A stretch of DNA of 64,000 nucleotides from Phoronis australis (lineage: Eukaryota; Animalia; Phoronida). Below, one piece after another: positions 28,683 through 41,340 of the stretch. The stretch covers positions 599,913 to 663,912 of the forward strand of contig NMRA01000005.1 in NCBI GenBank assembly GCA_002633005.1, given 5' to 3'. The position numbers and the translations under genes are program-made. Numbering within the stretch: position 1 is the first letter of the stretch; every line of letters starts with the position of its first letter. Under the pieces are notes generated by a model, which was given only the letters and a program-made list of their open reading frames with translations, had not been told where the DNA came from and did no database searches.

Positions 28683-30335
28683 AGGAGAATGCCACCCGAT
28701 TTAATTAGTCTTTTTTATCGTCTTAATCGGTCTATATCCACATCGTCTCTTATACGGTCGACCTCACCTTGCCGAAAGGTGTCGCGTTAACCTGTGAGGA
28801 AGGTGAGAAACGACGCAGCAACGTCAGTGGTTCGTCTGCAGAGTTAATGCCGCTATATTGTGGTGCATCGTTCCCGCTTGTCCGAACTATGAAGCTGCGA
28901 AGAAAGCGGGTATATCGTTTTTTCGACTACCTTGAGAGCCCGAAATGCTTAGGAAGTGGCTCGCGGTAGTTAAGAATGAAATGTACGCTGTTAATAGCAA
29001 GTATGAGGCCATGAAACATCTCCGTGTCTGTGGCCGGCATTTCGTCTCCATACGTTCCATTGCCTGCACATGTTCATGGCGCCTCTCTAGTAGTTCTTGA
29101 TCATTGTATTCCGGTTGGAACTGATAGCCTGTGAAACGTAACGATCCGACCCGTGAAGTCTTCGTCAGATGAGCTCTTGACTAAGTCGGGATTGGCGCCA
29201 GGCGACTTGCCATGTAGACGTTTATTATTCTGAGTTCTGTTTCAAAATGAATTATTCTCATTCTAACCAATGCTTATATGAAACTGAAACAAAGTGTGTC
29301 TCATTAAATATAATTTGTAATGCCTTGGAGTGCTCGTGAGTGCAAATGTTTTGAGAAGCCACCAATGAATAAACCACTGTGTTACCGGCTTTTAATGCCG
29401 GCAACAAAGGTAATTGACCAGGCACCAAAGCCGTGTGAGCGCATGCTAATTCAGCCAGTGCCTTTGCTGACAGAAAGCTATGGTCACATGTTAGGGGAAT
29501 CTTTATTTAGAAATACAAATACATTATTCAAATCATTGTTAATGTACAACCTGACGGTCTGTGGAAGGGGAACCCGACTTAGCGGCCCTTGACAAGTAAG
29601 TAGATCAGTTTCGTGGCTAACTCACATTATTACGTGGACATTATTTCTTTGGCTCACTATTATAGTCTTTTCGTGACTGGAGGTTTAGTTTCCAACTCAA
29701 GCTGGTGTATGTTTGTGCCAGTCCCGGCGGCCACGATGGGCCTGATCAGGTTCCGAGCCTTTGGCCGGGATAAAGAGTCAGTCGGGCCGCGACGCCGGGC
29801 CTAGTGATCGGGTTCCGAGCCACTGGCCGGGAGAACATTAAACGTTTTGTGTGTTTAGAACTCAAAAATCACAAGTATAAACAACACAGATCTAGGTTCT
29901 CCTGTCTGTATTTCACGGAAGAACACTTCGAATTTATCTCCAAACAGACCCCAAACTCCTGCTACGGACCTTGGTAAATTGGCCTGCCGAACTTTATAGG
30001 CTACGGTGTCACAGTGTCCAAAAACCAGTAAATCCGTAATAGCGAAATAAAACAACACATTTTTATAAGAACTCGGTGTATTTTTAAGGGTTTTACATCG
30101 AAGTTTGGTGATTTATTGGTGTTAAACGATGAAATCAAGCGATAAGCTGACACCACTAACCCGTGTTGTGAACTGCTGAACAGACTGCATATGAAACCAA
30201 TTACGTCATTGGATAATTTCAACACCTCCGTCTGCCATCAGGTGTCAGGTAACGCAACTGAACGTGCCGTTATCGAGTAGAACTACTCGATCTAAATTGA
30301 TACAAAATAGGTTGTTTTTTGGGTGGCATTCTCCT
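28683..30335 (+). mobile_element. Non-autonomous Kolobok-type DNA transposon (copy B) with decayed THAP domain
   Basis: TTAA at 28679-28682 and 30336-30339; TIR AGGAGAATGCCACCC...GGGTGGCATTCTCCT. 28864-29049 reads [61 protein letters not shown], a C2CH THAP signature with one stop. Reverse-complement homologue of 4894-6575. Confidence 0.87.
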
Positions 30336-30920
30336 TTAATTTCTGTCTTAAACCGAACACCAAAATCCGACTTTGTGTTCATGAAACTGTATTTTCTGAA
30401 TTCATCATCTTGGGTCTTAACTTAACTCGAATTTCGGCATAACTTACACAAATTTGTAGTCTTAATTTGTGTCTTGATTTAAGACAAGTTAGCTTTCAAA
30501 ATTTCACGAAACGGTGCCTGAACAATTGACTATCGACATTGTTGCTATGAAGTATCAGTGATTATCTGTGATCGGTGAATTATGAAATTTATGCAGATCC
30601 TTACCTGCTCTATCCACTCATAAGTTCTCCTATTCGTACACCCAAACACACAACCAGGAGAATCAACGCTAATGATCTCTCACTGGCTTACAGGTGTAAA
30701 ACGCAAGTGAAACACGGAAGTGTCAAGTTGCTAGCAAACATAAATAATCTAGCTAACAAATTTATGAAAAATAATTTATTTAGATTTAGCATTGAACCAA
30801 AACTTAGAAAATCATTCGCACTATATCATTTAGTAAATATATATGTGTTGCTTTTCAAGCATAATAAGGAATACACTGACAAGATGAATTAAATTTTGTT
30901 TATAAATTATTAAGAAATTA

Positions 30921-31346
30921 CCTTTTTAGAATGCCTCGCTTAGCTTACGAAAGCTTTGCTTATTGGTCAAATTATATTTAGCGAACCTGGCGTCTAGAAA
31001 CTAAAGCATTTTATGGCGATCCTGTCGAGGCTTTCCAACTCACACAAAATTCAGAAAATAATGCCCTAAAAGTCTGCACAGCATCATCGGTTATTTATTG
31101 GTCCAGTTTACATTGTGCTGATGTGCTCACGGATACGCATACTGTTTCCAATGTTAGCTCGGTAGACCATAGACTTCCGTAAACAAAGACTGCAGTTGAT
31201 TTACTTCGCCAGTTGACCTGCAAGATCCAGCTAAGTTATTTGATTAGTCAATAAGCCGGAAACTGTTGTCGTCAACTAATCAGATAGTTTAGAAAGTTGA
31301 GCCGGTGAAACCGGCGAAGTAAAGCAAATGGACTATGTTTCGGTAA
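30921..31346. promoter_or_regulatory. Probable bidirectional promoter / first-exon region shared by DNAJB9 (-) and CRBN (+)
   Basis: Minus-strand donor AAAAAG|GTAATT near 30921, CRBN ATG at 31347; CCAAT/ATTGG boxes (~30962, ~31096, ~31148) and an ETS-type ACTTCCG (~31173). TSSs are inferred. Confidence 0.55.
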
Positions 31347-33392
31347 ATGGAGGACGAAGAAGAAGACGGATTGTTGGATGGTAATTTCCTGTCTTGGTTT
31401 AGATAAATGCAGTCTGTGGAGGACTGCAGTCAAATTCAAGCATATAAATTACTTTGGCATGAGTAGAAGAGCTCGTGCTGCGATTTAAAATACGTAACTT
31501 CAGGGACATTACTCTGTGTGGGCTAGACAGTGACCACCGTCTCCTCGGTCTAGCTCGGCTTGAGACGGTGGTAGTAATTTTTGATTGAACAGGACTCAAC
31601 ATTAACTCTTTTGATTTGTTGTTTCCAACAACTCTTCTTCAATTGAATTTGCGCGAATCCAAAATGAACTTGTGCAAAAATTAGTTTTCAAAACAAATAA
31701 AGTGTATTTGACACTAGTTTTTTACAGGCAGGTGAACTGCGTCTGTCTCTACATCTGACGCCGGTTCCAGCCAGTTCTGATCAAAATTCACGTTTTATTT
31801 TCAGTTCAGATATTCTTTTTGATTATTCACCTTTGGAAACTGATGAGCTGGGGCTCATCTATTTATGTATCCACAGGGTGTAATTAAACAATTATCTTTG
31901 CAGCCAGGACCATAAACCCTAATTGCTAAGGTGGGTTTAGTTACTCAGTTCAACTGGTAGGTCCCTACAGCTGCAGGGGTCATGACAAAGAACTGCTTTC
32001 TATGACCTTGCATGCCAATTTCAAAAGGCCTATTGTGCGTAAGCAACACCCATCATTTACAATTAATTACCTTAAGTTCTAAGCCAATTGACTAGTTACC
32101 TCCTTCAAGCCCAAAATGGGAAAAATAATTTTGAAATCTTGATTCGTTGCTATGTGCGGTGCAGATAACAAATCAAAAAATGCCGTAAGTTGTCAATGTT
32201 GAATAGGAGGTGAGAATGTCAAACATTTACTGCAGTCATTATGAGGCATAATGCGGCTTGCATTTATGTTAACTAGTTTACTTTGACATTATACGCTCAG
32301 CTATCCAGAATCCTTGAGGTGCAATAAAACAATTAATATCTTCTCTACCATGACCGTAAACTCTTTATTAAGACATGTTTAGGAGCACAGTCCCAGTTGT
32401 ATGACTAAAGTCAGGGTTCACAAAGAATTGCTTTCAACAAACTTTTATGTCAATTTCAGGAGCCTATTAGTATTCAAATGTCTGAGGCACACTCATGATT
32501 TCCATTCCTCATCAAAATTCTAAGCCTCAATTCCAAGTAGTTACCTCTTCCAAGCTCAAAATGGATTTTTTGTGTGAGTGATTGACAAGTTGGTACTTCA
32601 CCTGAGGACCAAATTGAGCCAGTTCACTTAAATTACAACATTGACTGACTGAAGCCTCAACACCTGGTTGAAGTCGGGGTCCTGACAGGTTGCAACTGAG
32701 TCCCTTGGAAGGTTTGTCAAGCCCTGTAGAGGGGAATGAATTCCAGAACCCCCCAACCCGTCACCACCAATTTTTGGTACTGATGACGGTAATTTTTAGG
32801 ATTTTGAAATTTTTTCATCCCCACTTCAATTTTTAACCTTATTTTCAAGATCACAGTGAGAAAATGAAGTTTTGGCTCTGGGGGAAAGTGTTGTTGGCAT
32901 GACATCTCAAGAAGGGAGTTCTACTGAAATGTAGTAGGTGATGCAACATGCAGTTGCACCAGTCGATTTTTATGACCTTGACCTCATTTTCAAGGCCACA
33001 CGGGGGAAAGCTAATTTTCAAATGGTGGCTTAGATTTTGTGCATATTTTGTGCTGAGGTGCAGGTGCGTGGGCCACTCCAGGTGCCAAATAATTATGGAG
33101 ACCTCAGTTTCAAAGTCATGTGACTAGTTTAAGAGTTTGAATTGGAAAATATTGTTTGTGACATATTTTCAGAATGATGATGCTCTAGATTTGTTTTGTA
33201 CCAATGATGTAGGTGGCACAAATTAAGGCAATAATGAATGTGAATTCTTGGTAAAGGTCTCAGGCTCAGCTGCAAAGTATAATTTTGTCTAGTAAGTTGT
33301 TTTGGTGTGACATCTAATAGAAGTGACCTTTAGATTGTATTCATTTCCATAACGAAGTGTAAATGGTATATTCTCCAGAGGAATGCTCACAT

Positions 33393-33426
<34 letters not shown>

Positions 33427-36400
33427 NNNNNNNNNNNNNNNNNNNNNCACACACACACACACACACACGTACACTCACACGTACACAGTACACAATCATT
33501 AACCCCTAAAATTGTAGCTCTTTAAAAATGCCTGCATCCCAAGGCAGAAGTGAAGAATCTGACAAATGCTTGTTTGTTGCAGTTGTTGACCAGGATGACA
33601 GTGATGGCTCTGCTGAACTAGAGTTACTGCAGGAGAATGAGGAGTCTGAGCCCGCTACGCCCCCTGGTGACATCACCTTTGATGTCAACCTTCCCTCTGC
33701 ACACACAGTATGTGTATTCTGTTCTCAACGCTCAATATAGTGCTTTTCCACTGGGCCATTATTATATGACATACCCTCAGACTCACAATAACCCTCACTG
33801 ACTTCCTAACTGCGCGGCTCTCATAAGCACACACTGGCTGCCAAGTCTATGCCAATTTGCCGAAATTCACAAGTGCCTATCAAACATGCTACCATTTCAA
33901 TATCTCAATAGTTTAATTGGGTGGTTTATTTAATCAGCTGCGGAACTTGTTTATGAATGGGTCAACAGTGGTGTGATCTGAGGATTGAAGATTTCCAATT
34001 GTTTGTGCATCCTGAAGTGTGATATGAGATTACCAGTTGTTATGAAAATCATTGTCTTTAGCATTGATGTCAACCATGTTGCTAGATTGCATATTAAATT
34101 AATTATTAACTAACTTTTCACTCTATTCACATGTCATTTTGTGTTTGATGTTTTGTTTTCTGTAGTACCTGGGTTCAGATCTCGAGGAGCTTCATGGGCG
34201 GACAATTTTAGATGAAGATGATCACCTGACACTGCCCATTCTCACGTTGCCAGGGGTAGTGCTTGTGCCTGGCCAGACATTACCTCTACACCTGTTCCAG
34301 GCCCAGACTATAGCAATGATTAAACATATTTGTGATAAAGACAAGACATTTGGCATCGTTACCACTAGGTAAGCTGGGCGGGACACAGCAAGTATATTGC
34401 GTAGTACAGGGTGCAATAGTTAAATGCTTTTTGCTTTATTCATTACAAGACCCATGTTTGTTGTGCTGTAAAATGAAGATTGAGGATCACTTCATTGCAA
34501 AATCCAAGTTTCTTGCATTTTCATTTGCCTTTCATATACTCTTATACGACTTATGTCTTAATGCCTCCATGACAACACTCGACTTTCTGGTGCGCTAACA
34601 TTGTCTTAATTGATCCCTTCAGTAGAATGTTTGGCTTTCTAGTACGCTCAAGTGTTCTGATCCTTTCATCAGGGCAGGGATGTGTCAATGACACCTTAAA
34701 ATCCAGACCAATGCAATACTTAGTAGATCATAAAATACCCACCCGAAACAATACCAAATTTGTGAATACTGTTCAGTGTCAACACCTCTTAAACAGTGTT
34801 AATTTTGATAGACAATAAGTGGCTTGAAGAGCTACCTTCATTTTCAAGGCACTGGAGCATAAAGTAGTGACGGTCATCTCCTGCATACGAAGAAAATGGC
34901 TTTTTGTCAAACTGTCAGATAGGAAACATGGACTGTGCTTCAAATGGCCTGTCCAACTTTGCAATACCATTTTGTTGCACAAAAGTCTTGAACGGTTACA
35001 ATGAAGTAACACAGAGAGCTCTTGATAGAAGGTCGAGTTTTCAGACGGAAAAATGTGTGGTCTTATTCTCAGCTGAACATTTTTTTCACAATTGATCAAA
35101 ATGTTCTCTGATTGTATGTCTGTCACACATGGACTTGCCCATAATTATATTCGTTATGGAAAGCATTTTGTGAGGAGGTGTTTGTTTGCATGGCCCAATC
35201 ATCCATTACCTTTCTATTGTCAGGTATCTAGACTCTGGTCCTGCCCTGGCTTTCGTTGGCACGACTGCAGAGATCCAGTCCATTAAGGAGGAACTAGATG
35301 ACTTGTCTGGTGTGTCAACAGTCAGGCTCAAGGCAATGGGTCGACAGCGTTTTGAAGTACTAGAAACTCGTCGGGAAGTGACAGGGTAGGTTCTGGGCAG
35401 CACCTCATAGTGTGTGGATAAATAGGGGGTGCATTTGCATTAAGAAAGTCGGATCACAGGTCTCAAATGTTTCTCTAACCTGTCGGCAATGAGTGACTTG
35501 TCTAGGTGACGCCAACAAGACAAGTAACTGTCTGGTAGGAGTCGCTCACTCGGTCCCTACTATTGGTCATAAGTTAGACCAGAAATCTGGTTAACAAGAT
35601 TAAAGTACTAATTCAGGTTATGTGCATGACTTGTTTGGCAATTACTGGTTTATGACTTATTACAGTATTATCGTGGCCAAGGTGCACATCTTGGCAGAGA
35701 CGATATTGCCCGACTTCCTTGAAGGAGCCAGACTTCACTCCCATGACAGGTATTTGGGTTCACTGCAACTCAATAGGAGGAGCCCCGGGGGTAGGGGAGA
35801 CAGCGTTAGGAAGAGTGGCACTGGAAAAAGGTTCAACTGTGCTACATGGACCTGGTGGCCGCAATGGGTATATGCAATGTATGACCAGGTATGTAATGTA
35901 CGCCTAGGTATTGTTTGTCCAGATATGTAATGCATGACCAAGTTTGTAGTTTATGACTTCCATGCAAATACAACTTGGCGTTAAGCTAAGCATCGAATGA
36001 TGGTATGTTTTGTGGTTTATGGCCATGTAGGTATGTTGCGTATATCCAAGTAACTATATATTTTATGACCAGGTTTGTATTTTGTCACCAGTTGTATGTT
36101 TTATGACCAGCTGTGTGTTTGTGACCAGATGTGTATTGTATGACCAATGATACTATGTCTATGTAAAGTTATACTGGGTATTGAATGTATGACCAACTTG
36201 TTGTTGCCAGAATTCATTTGATGTCCTAAGAGACCACGCGGGTTAAAGCACCTTGCCTAGCCTAGTCTTGGTGTAGCAAGGTCTGTTAATGATATTCACA
36301 TGGCATGTCTATGGCCATTTTAAGGTTGACCTCTCATGAGGGTATGGCGTGCTGGTAATATGCCAATCTATGGCATTGACTATTATGTTTCCAGCACTGT

Positions 36401-39400
36401 CTGGTTGAGGCTGTGAAGGGGGAGCTGAGAGGCTGGAACCTTGCCATGGCTGTTGACAGGATGCCTGAAGACCCTATACTCTTTTCCTATTGGGTGGCTG
36501 GTAACTTGCCATTTGATGACACAATGAAGTTGGCCTTGTTACAGCTGGACTGTGCAGTACAGAGGCTGAGATGTGAACTAGGTATACTGAAGAAGGTAGG
36601 TACGATGATGTTAGTGGCAGGGCCTTCGTTCATCCTAGGGTAAAGGTGCCTGTGCCTAATTCTGAGAGGGGAATTTTTTGCAGTGAGGGGAAAATTCTAC
36701 CTCCCGATCACCATCAATAGCACCCCCACCCTGTTTGCAAGCTCGGCTCTGCCTCAAGTAGCCAAAACTAAAATTTTGTGCTCTTTCAATTTGTTACCTG
36801 TGTGAGTTACAAGTGATTCGAATCTAGAGTGGAATTTTTCAATACCTTGAGGGAAATGTTCGGGCCTCGTGAGGGGGATTTCACATGATTTTTCAATATT
36901 TTTCATGGGGTAATTGGACTAACATTTGTTCCCTAAATCGAGGGATTCAAGGCCCTGAATGTGCATTGTTTTTTTGTAATGGGCGACTCCACGCTCACTA
37001 GATGGCGTTGTTGAAGAAAGGTGCTGCGTTTCAACATCTGTAGAGATTCAGAGCAGAAAGCTGTTCATATCACCAAGAGGGTGTCTGTGGGGTAATGGTC
37101 CCACATGTCTACCTGACTATTATGCGTTTGTACAGGTTAGACCTTTTTAAACCAGAGCCACTTAGTAAGATTGGTGTCACCTGATAGGAATAGGCTATTG
37201 TTGGAGTGTGCTGTCATGATAGACAAAGGATTGATAATCTTATTGCATTGTGTTAGGGCTGTTCCAGTAAAATCCGTGTGGGAGGGGGGGACGGCAGCAG
37301 AAATAAAAATTCATGGGTGGTGGTCTTCAGAAAAAAACTCAATTTATGGGTGGTCGTTCCTGTAAGAAGTGATGCATTAAAAATGGGTGGTATTTTTGAC
37401 CTGTTAATGTTGACAGGATGGTTACTTCAGCCAAACACATCTTCAAAGAAATCAAAACTCAAGAAATGCAATTGGCAAATATCCTAACTTATCCCAATAC
37501 AAAAAAGCCCATATTGCCAGTGAACAGAGTGCAATATGTTCACTAAGCCATTAATCAAGTCATGGGCAACTTGATTTGAGCCAACTGCTTGTCTGCAGTC
37601 CTATTGAATTGAAAAGTTATGCAACACTAAACTGGTGTTAACACATATAGGAAAATTGATGATTTTTAAATAAAAAGTATGAGGAGTAAGATAAACAAGT
37701 TCCGATATTCACTTGACATAGAAGTATAAAAGAGTTCGTGGAGACAGTTTGAGATTCATAGATCCTTATAATTGAAAAAATGTAAATTGAAATTATAGAC
37801 ACATGGTGAACAGAGACACCTGGTGGCTGCCAAAAGTATTGCTCACAGGCTACTTTAGTTTTTGACAATATTGGACAAGACAACTAGTTCTTGTCTGTCA
37901 ATCATCTAAGTTCTTAACAGGTCCTCCTGGAGGCAATTTGTTTGCAAGTGTTCGATTTTATATTTTAACCTATTAAAAATGATTAAAAAATTATGGGTCA
38001 TGGGTTGGAGAAATAAATGAAAAATATGGGCGGTGGGTACGAAATAAAAGTGCCTTCCCCCCCCTCCCATACAGATTTTGCTGGAACAGCCCTTATGTTT
38101 TATTGTGTGTTTGGAGGGAAAGTGTACACTGAAGACTGATGCACATGGTTGTTCCTTCAGTTAGATGCAAAAGCTTAATTTTGAAGTTGCACCACATCGT
38201 GTAATATTTATTTGGTTGTCCATAGTGTTCCGTCCTGTGTTGTGGTCAGTGTGGTCAAGAGGTGACCAGTAAACATGACGTGTTCACGATGGCCTTGAGT
38301 GGCCCCATGGCTGCCTACGTCAACCCAGGAGGTCACGTACACGAGACACTGACTGTGTATAAGGCGCAAGGAATGTCACTGATTGGTCGGCCATCTGCAG
38401 AGCACAGCTGGTTTCCTGGGTAAGGGATATTTCAATTTGTATGTTCCCATATACTTGTTATGACATGGCTGCTGTATGAATTTGTCTAGTCCTTCATACT
38501 GTTCAAGCCTTCAGACTATTTCATTGAGGATAATTATATAAATCACTCATGGACATCTGCCTCTATTTAGACTGCCTCTATTCAGAATTAATGCTGACTT
38601 GCAATGCAAAAGGCTCTCAATGGGCTATTTGGAGGGAGCCCCATAAGCTAACAATAAGCCAACTTTAGCTGCTAACACTGAACAGTGGTGTTGGACATTT
38701 ACAAATCACAGTGCAACCCATGAAGTGGTCTACCAGATATTTCTGAATCCATGGTGAAAAATCTGGATCTTATGTGTCTTATACTTTGAATTTTTGAAAA
38801 CCTAAATTAAACGTGATTATACATTCTTAAACTTTTTTGCATTGAACCTTATTTTCAAATTTTATTTTATACCCATCGAGCAGTGGAAATTTTAGCCATG
38901 AAAGACTTCTTTTTACTGCAAAATCCCAAGTTTTTCTTTTCGACAACTGATACCTCTGCTATCAGAAGGTAAATAATTCAAGTATAGACAACCTTCCCTC
39001 TGCCATGAACCATAAAATAAGAGTGTGCTCTTTGTGTGTCTTTTCCCACATGATGAATAAAAACTGCCAAAAAGCAGTGAAAAACAAAAATCTTGGGATT
39101 ATGTCCCATGAAGATTTGCCATGCAGTTGAAATCACTTGACATTGTCCCAAGGACTTGCACATATAAATTAGCTGTAGTATCAAATAAAAAATCTGTGAA
39201 TCAAAATTGTTCAAGGCAAAAAATGGATAAGAGGAAATTTTTTATTCCCATTCATCTCACTAATTCTATTCAGTAGGATCAGTGATTTGCCAATCATGTC
39301 CGCAGCAGAGTTTGTTTCAATCACTACATCGTTTACAAAATCCCTTAAAGGAGGATAAAAAACAAATGTCCAGACAAATGTGTGTAGCAGAGTAAGCTGC

Positions 39401-39696
39401 AATCCTTTGTCCTTGACCTTGGCATTTGGTACAAGTTACTGTCCACAGATGGCAACCAGAGTCGCAACTGCTTCCACTTGTCTGGTCATCTCACTTTCCT
39501 GGTGTATACAAATGTGTTTTCCAGCTATTCCTGGACCATAGCCAACTGTAGACACTGTGGTTCACACAAAGGCTGGAGGTTTACAGCCAACCAGAAGGAT
39601 CTTAAGCCATCCAGCTTCTGGGGCCTGACTAGGTCAGGACTGCAACCAGGATATGAGCAGAGTGATGGAGAACAGCAGTGGGAACCATCCTTATGA
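31347..39696 (+). CDS. CRBN: Cereblon, ~437 aa, CUL4-DDB1 substrate receptor (LON-N + CULT domains), 8 exons
   Basis: Exons 31347-31380, 33583-33707, 34166-34368, 35224-35385, 35666-35888, 36395-36595, 38226-38419, 39525-39696 (1314 nt). Motifs [109 protein letters not shown]. Confidence 0.96.
33392..33480. repeat. (CA)n microsatellite containing a short N gap
   Basis: Directly visible. Confidence 0.95.
35880..36200 (+). repeat. Degenerate ~20-bp repeat echoing the CRBN exon 5 donor junction
   Basis: TATGACCAG|GTATGT is followed by CATGACCAAG, TATGACCAGGTTTGT, GTCACCAGTTGT, TATGACCAGCTGT, GTGACCAGATGT, TATGACCAATG and TATGACCAAC. Confidence 0.7.
37256..38092. mobile_element. PIF/Harbinger-type non-autonomous element in CRBN intron 6
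   Basis: ~35-bp TIR GGGCTGTTCCAGTAAAATCCGTGTGGGAGGGGGGG / CCCCCCCTCCCATACAGATTTTGCTGGAACAGCCC with TTA on both sides (TWA TSD). Confidence 0.8.
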
Positions 39697-40829
39697 TATC
39701 CATTGTAAGGGAACCTAACTATTGTATTACAAGCAGGAGTCAGTATTGCTTATGAACAATTACTGTATTCTGAGGGGGGAGTAATCTCCCCTACAGTGTC
39801 AGAGCCCAACATGACAGTTGACAGGGGACTTAATTATTGATGGTAACAGCCACAGGACGACAGGTTGTCTTACAGTTGTTGAATCTTAAGTAAGAGTTGT
39901 TTTTACCGTTTTTGACTTGTTTTGAATTGTTTGGAATTCAAAGAATCAACTTTGATAAAGTAAGTACTCTTGTGATGACAGCTTATTCATTAAGAAGAGT
40001 GCAACTTCACTTATATTTTCCACAATTTGACAACATTAGAGACTCGTTTTACTGCACCTAATACCTTTATCAATAGATTAGTGCAAGAGCCGCTGCACCC
40101 TTAAGAAGTCTGTTTATCAGGAGCACTGATCTAATATGCTTTTGTTTAAAGCAGGTCAGGTACCACATTAGCAGTGACTTGAGGACAGCAAAACCTTGAC
40201 TATGGTGATTTTTCTACTGGTTTCTGTATGGTTAAGTTTGCTCAAGACCAGGTTCTACAAATTCGCTTGTTTTCACAGCATGTCTGTATGCCCCAGGCAT
40301 TGTCTCAAGGAATAACGAATGACTCCTTTATAAAAGGACGGCTAAGACAGCTTTCTAGCTGTTAGAGGAGTAGTTTATCAGTTCAGCTTAGACCAAGTTG
40401 CCAGAAATTTCCGCAAATAGACCCACTAAAAAGTAAACCTACGGGTGATTTTTGGAAAGTTTTCCAAAAGCAACTAGCCCATGGGCGTATTTTGGGTAGG
40501 CCTAATTGGGTGCATGTTTTGAAAATTTGACGAATTGTTCTGTGGGCCTTGTGTGAATGGCAGTTGAGCACACTGTGTTTGCTTGAATGCCAAATACGTA
40601 TGGAAGAAAAAAAGTTATTAGCGAGATACAGTACATTAAAAAGTAATTGTTGCCTGTTTAAAAATTTCACAAATAATGTTTGCTTAACAAAACTGCATCA
40701 CAAAATGTTAAACACAGTTTCGGAAAAATAAAATACGCCCCACCTTCTCTTTTCGAAAATAAACCGAGGCGTATATTCGATTTTATTTGGCGTTTTTGAA
40801 AGGTCGTTTTCCACATGACAGCGTTTACC

Positions 40830-41340
40830 GGTTCAGTGACTTTACCAGACTTGGGGGGGTTCTGAGCATGAGATAACATAGCTTCTTTGTTAGCTGCCAA
40901 GCACACTCTCTTGTCTGTTATGACAACAAGCAGTCCAATTATCTACCAGGCTTATTACAGACCATGTGTGAACACAGTCAAACTCAGAGGGAATTAGTGT
41001 ATTTGGAAATAATAGATTGTGGTAACTTCGGTTGCAGTTGGGCGATTTTGGCCATTCAAAAACTAAATAATTATGATCACCATTTGACGAAGATTTCAGA
41101 AGTGTGTTATAACTTAACTTGTATTTTCAACAGCACAGCCCAGTCAGGGTAGATACAATCTTATTGGAGATTAGAGCAATTGTGGAACAAAAGAGAATTG
41201 GCCCTCCATCCATAAATGCCAGAGATAATGGAGTTAATCAGTCGTGTAAGATATTGCTTACAGGGGTGTTCTTCCCAGCTTATTGTTGGGCTATAGAATC
41301 GACCAATTTGGGAGCAACGGGAAAACGCTGTAATGAAATA
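40830..41340 (+). repeat. Dispersed repeat, copy 1 (homologous to ~46100-46635)
   Basis: Shared blocks CTGCCAAGCACA, ATCTACCAGGCTTATTACAGACC, TAACTTCGGTTG, ATTCAAAAACTAAA, GATTAGAGCAATT, CAGTCGTGTAAG, AACGGGAAAACGC. Confidence 0.75.

Noticed and set aside
28150-30520. Older MITE hosting Kolobok copy B
   Set aside because: TTAAG-rich flanks and TTTCACGAAA motifs suggest it, but TIRs and TSD could not be defined.
36618-36957. hAT MITE with CAGGGCCTT...AAGGCCCTG ends
   Set aside because: Only a 9-bp inverted match and no target-site duplication.
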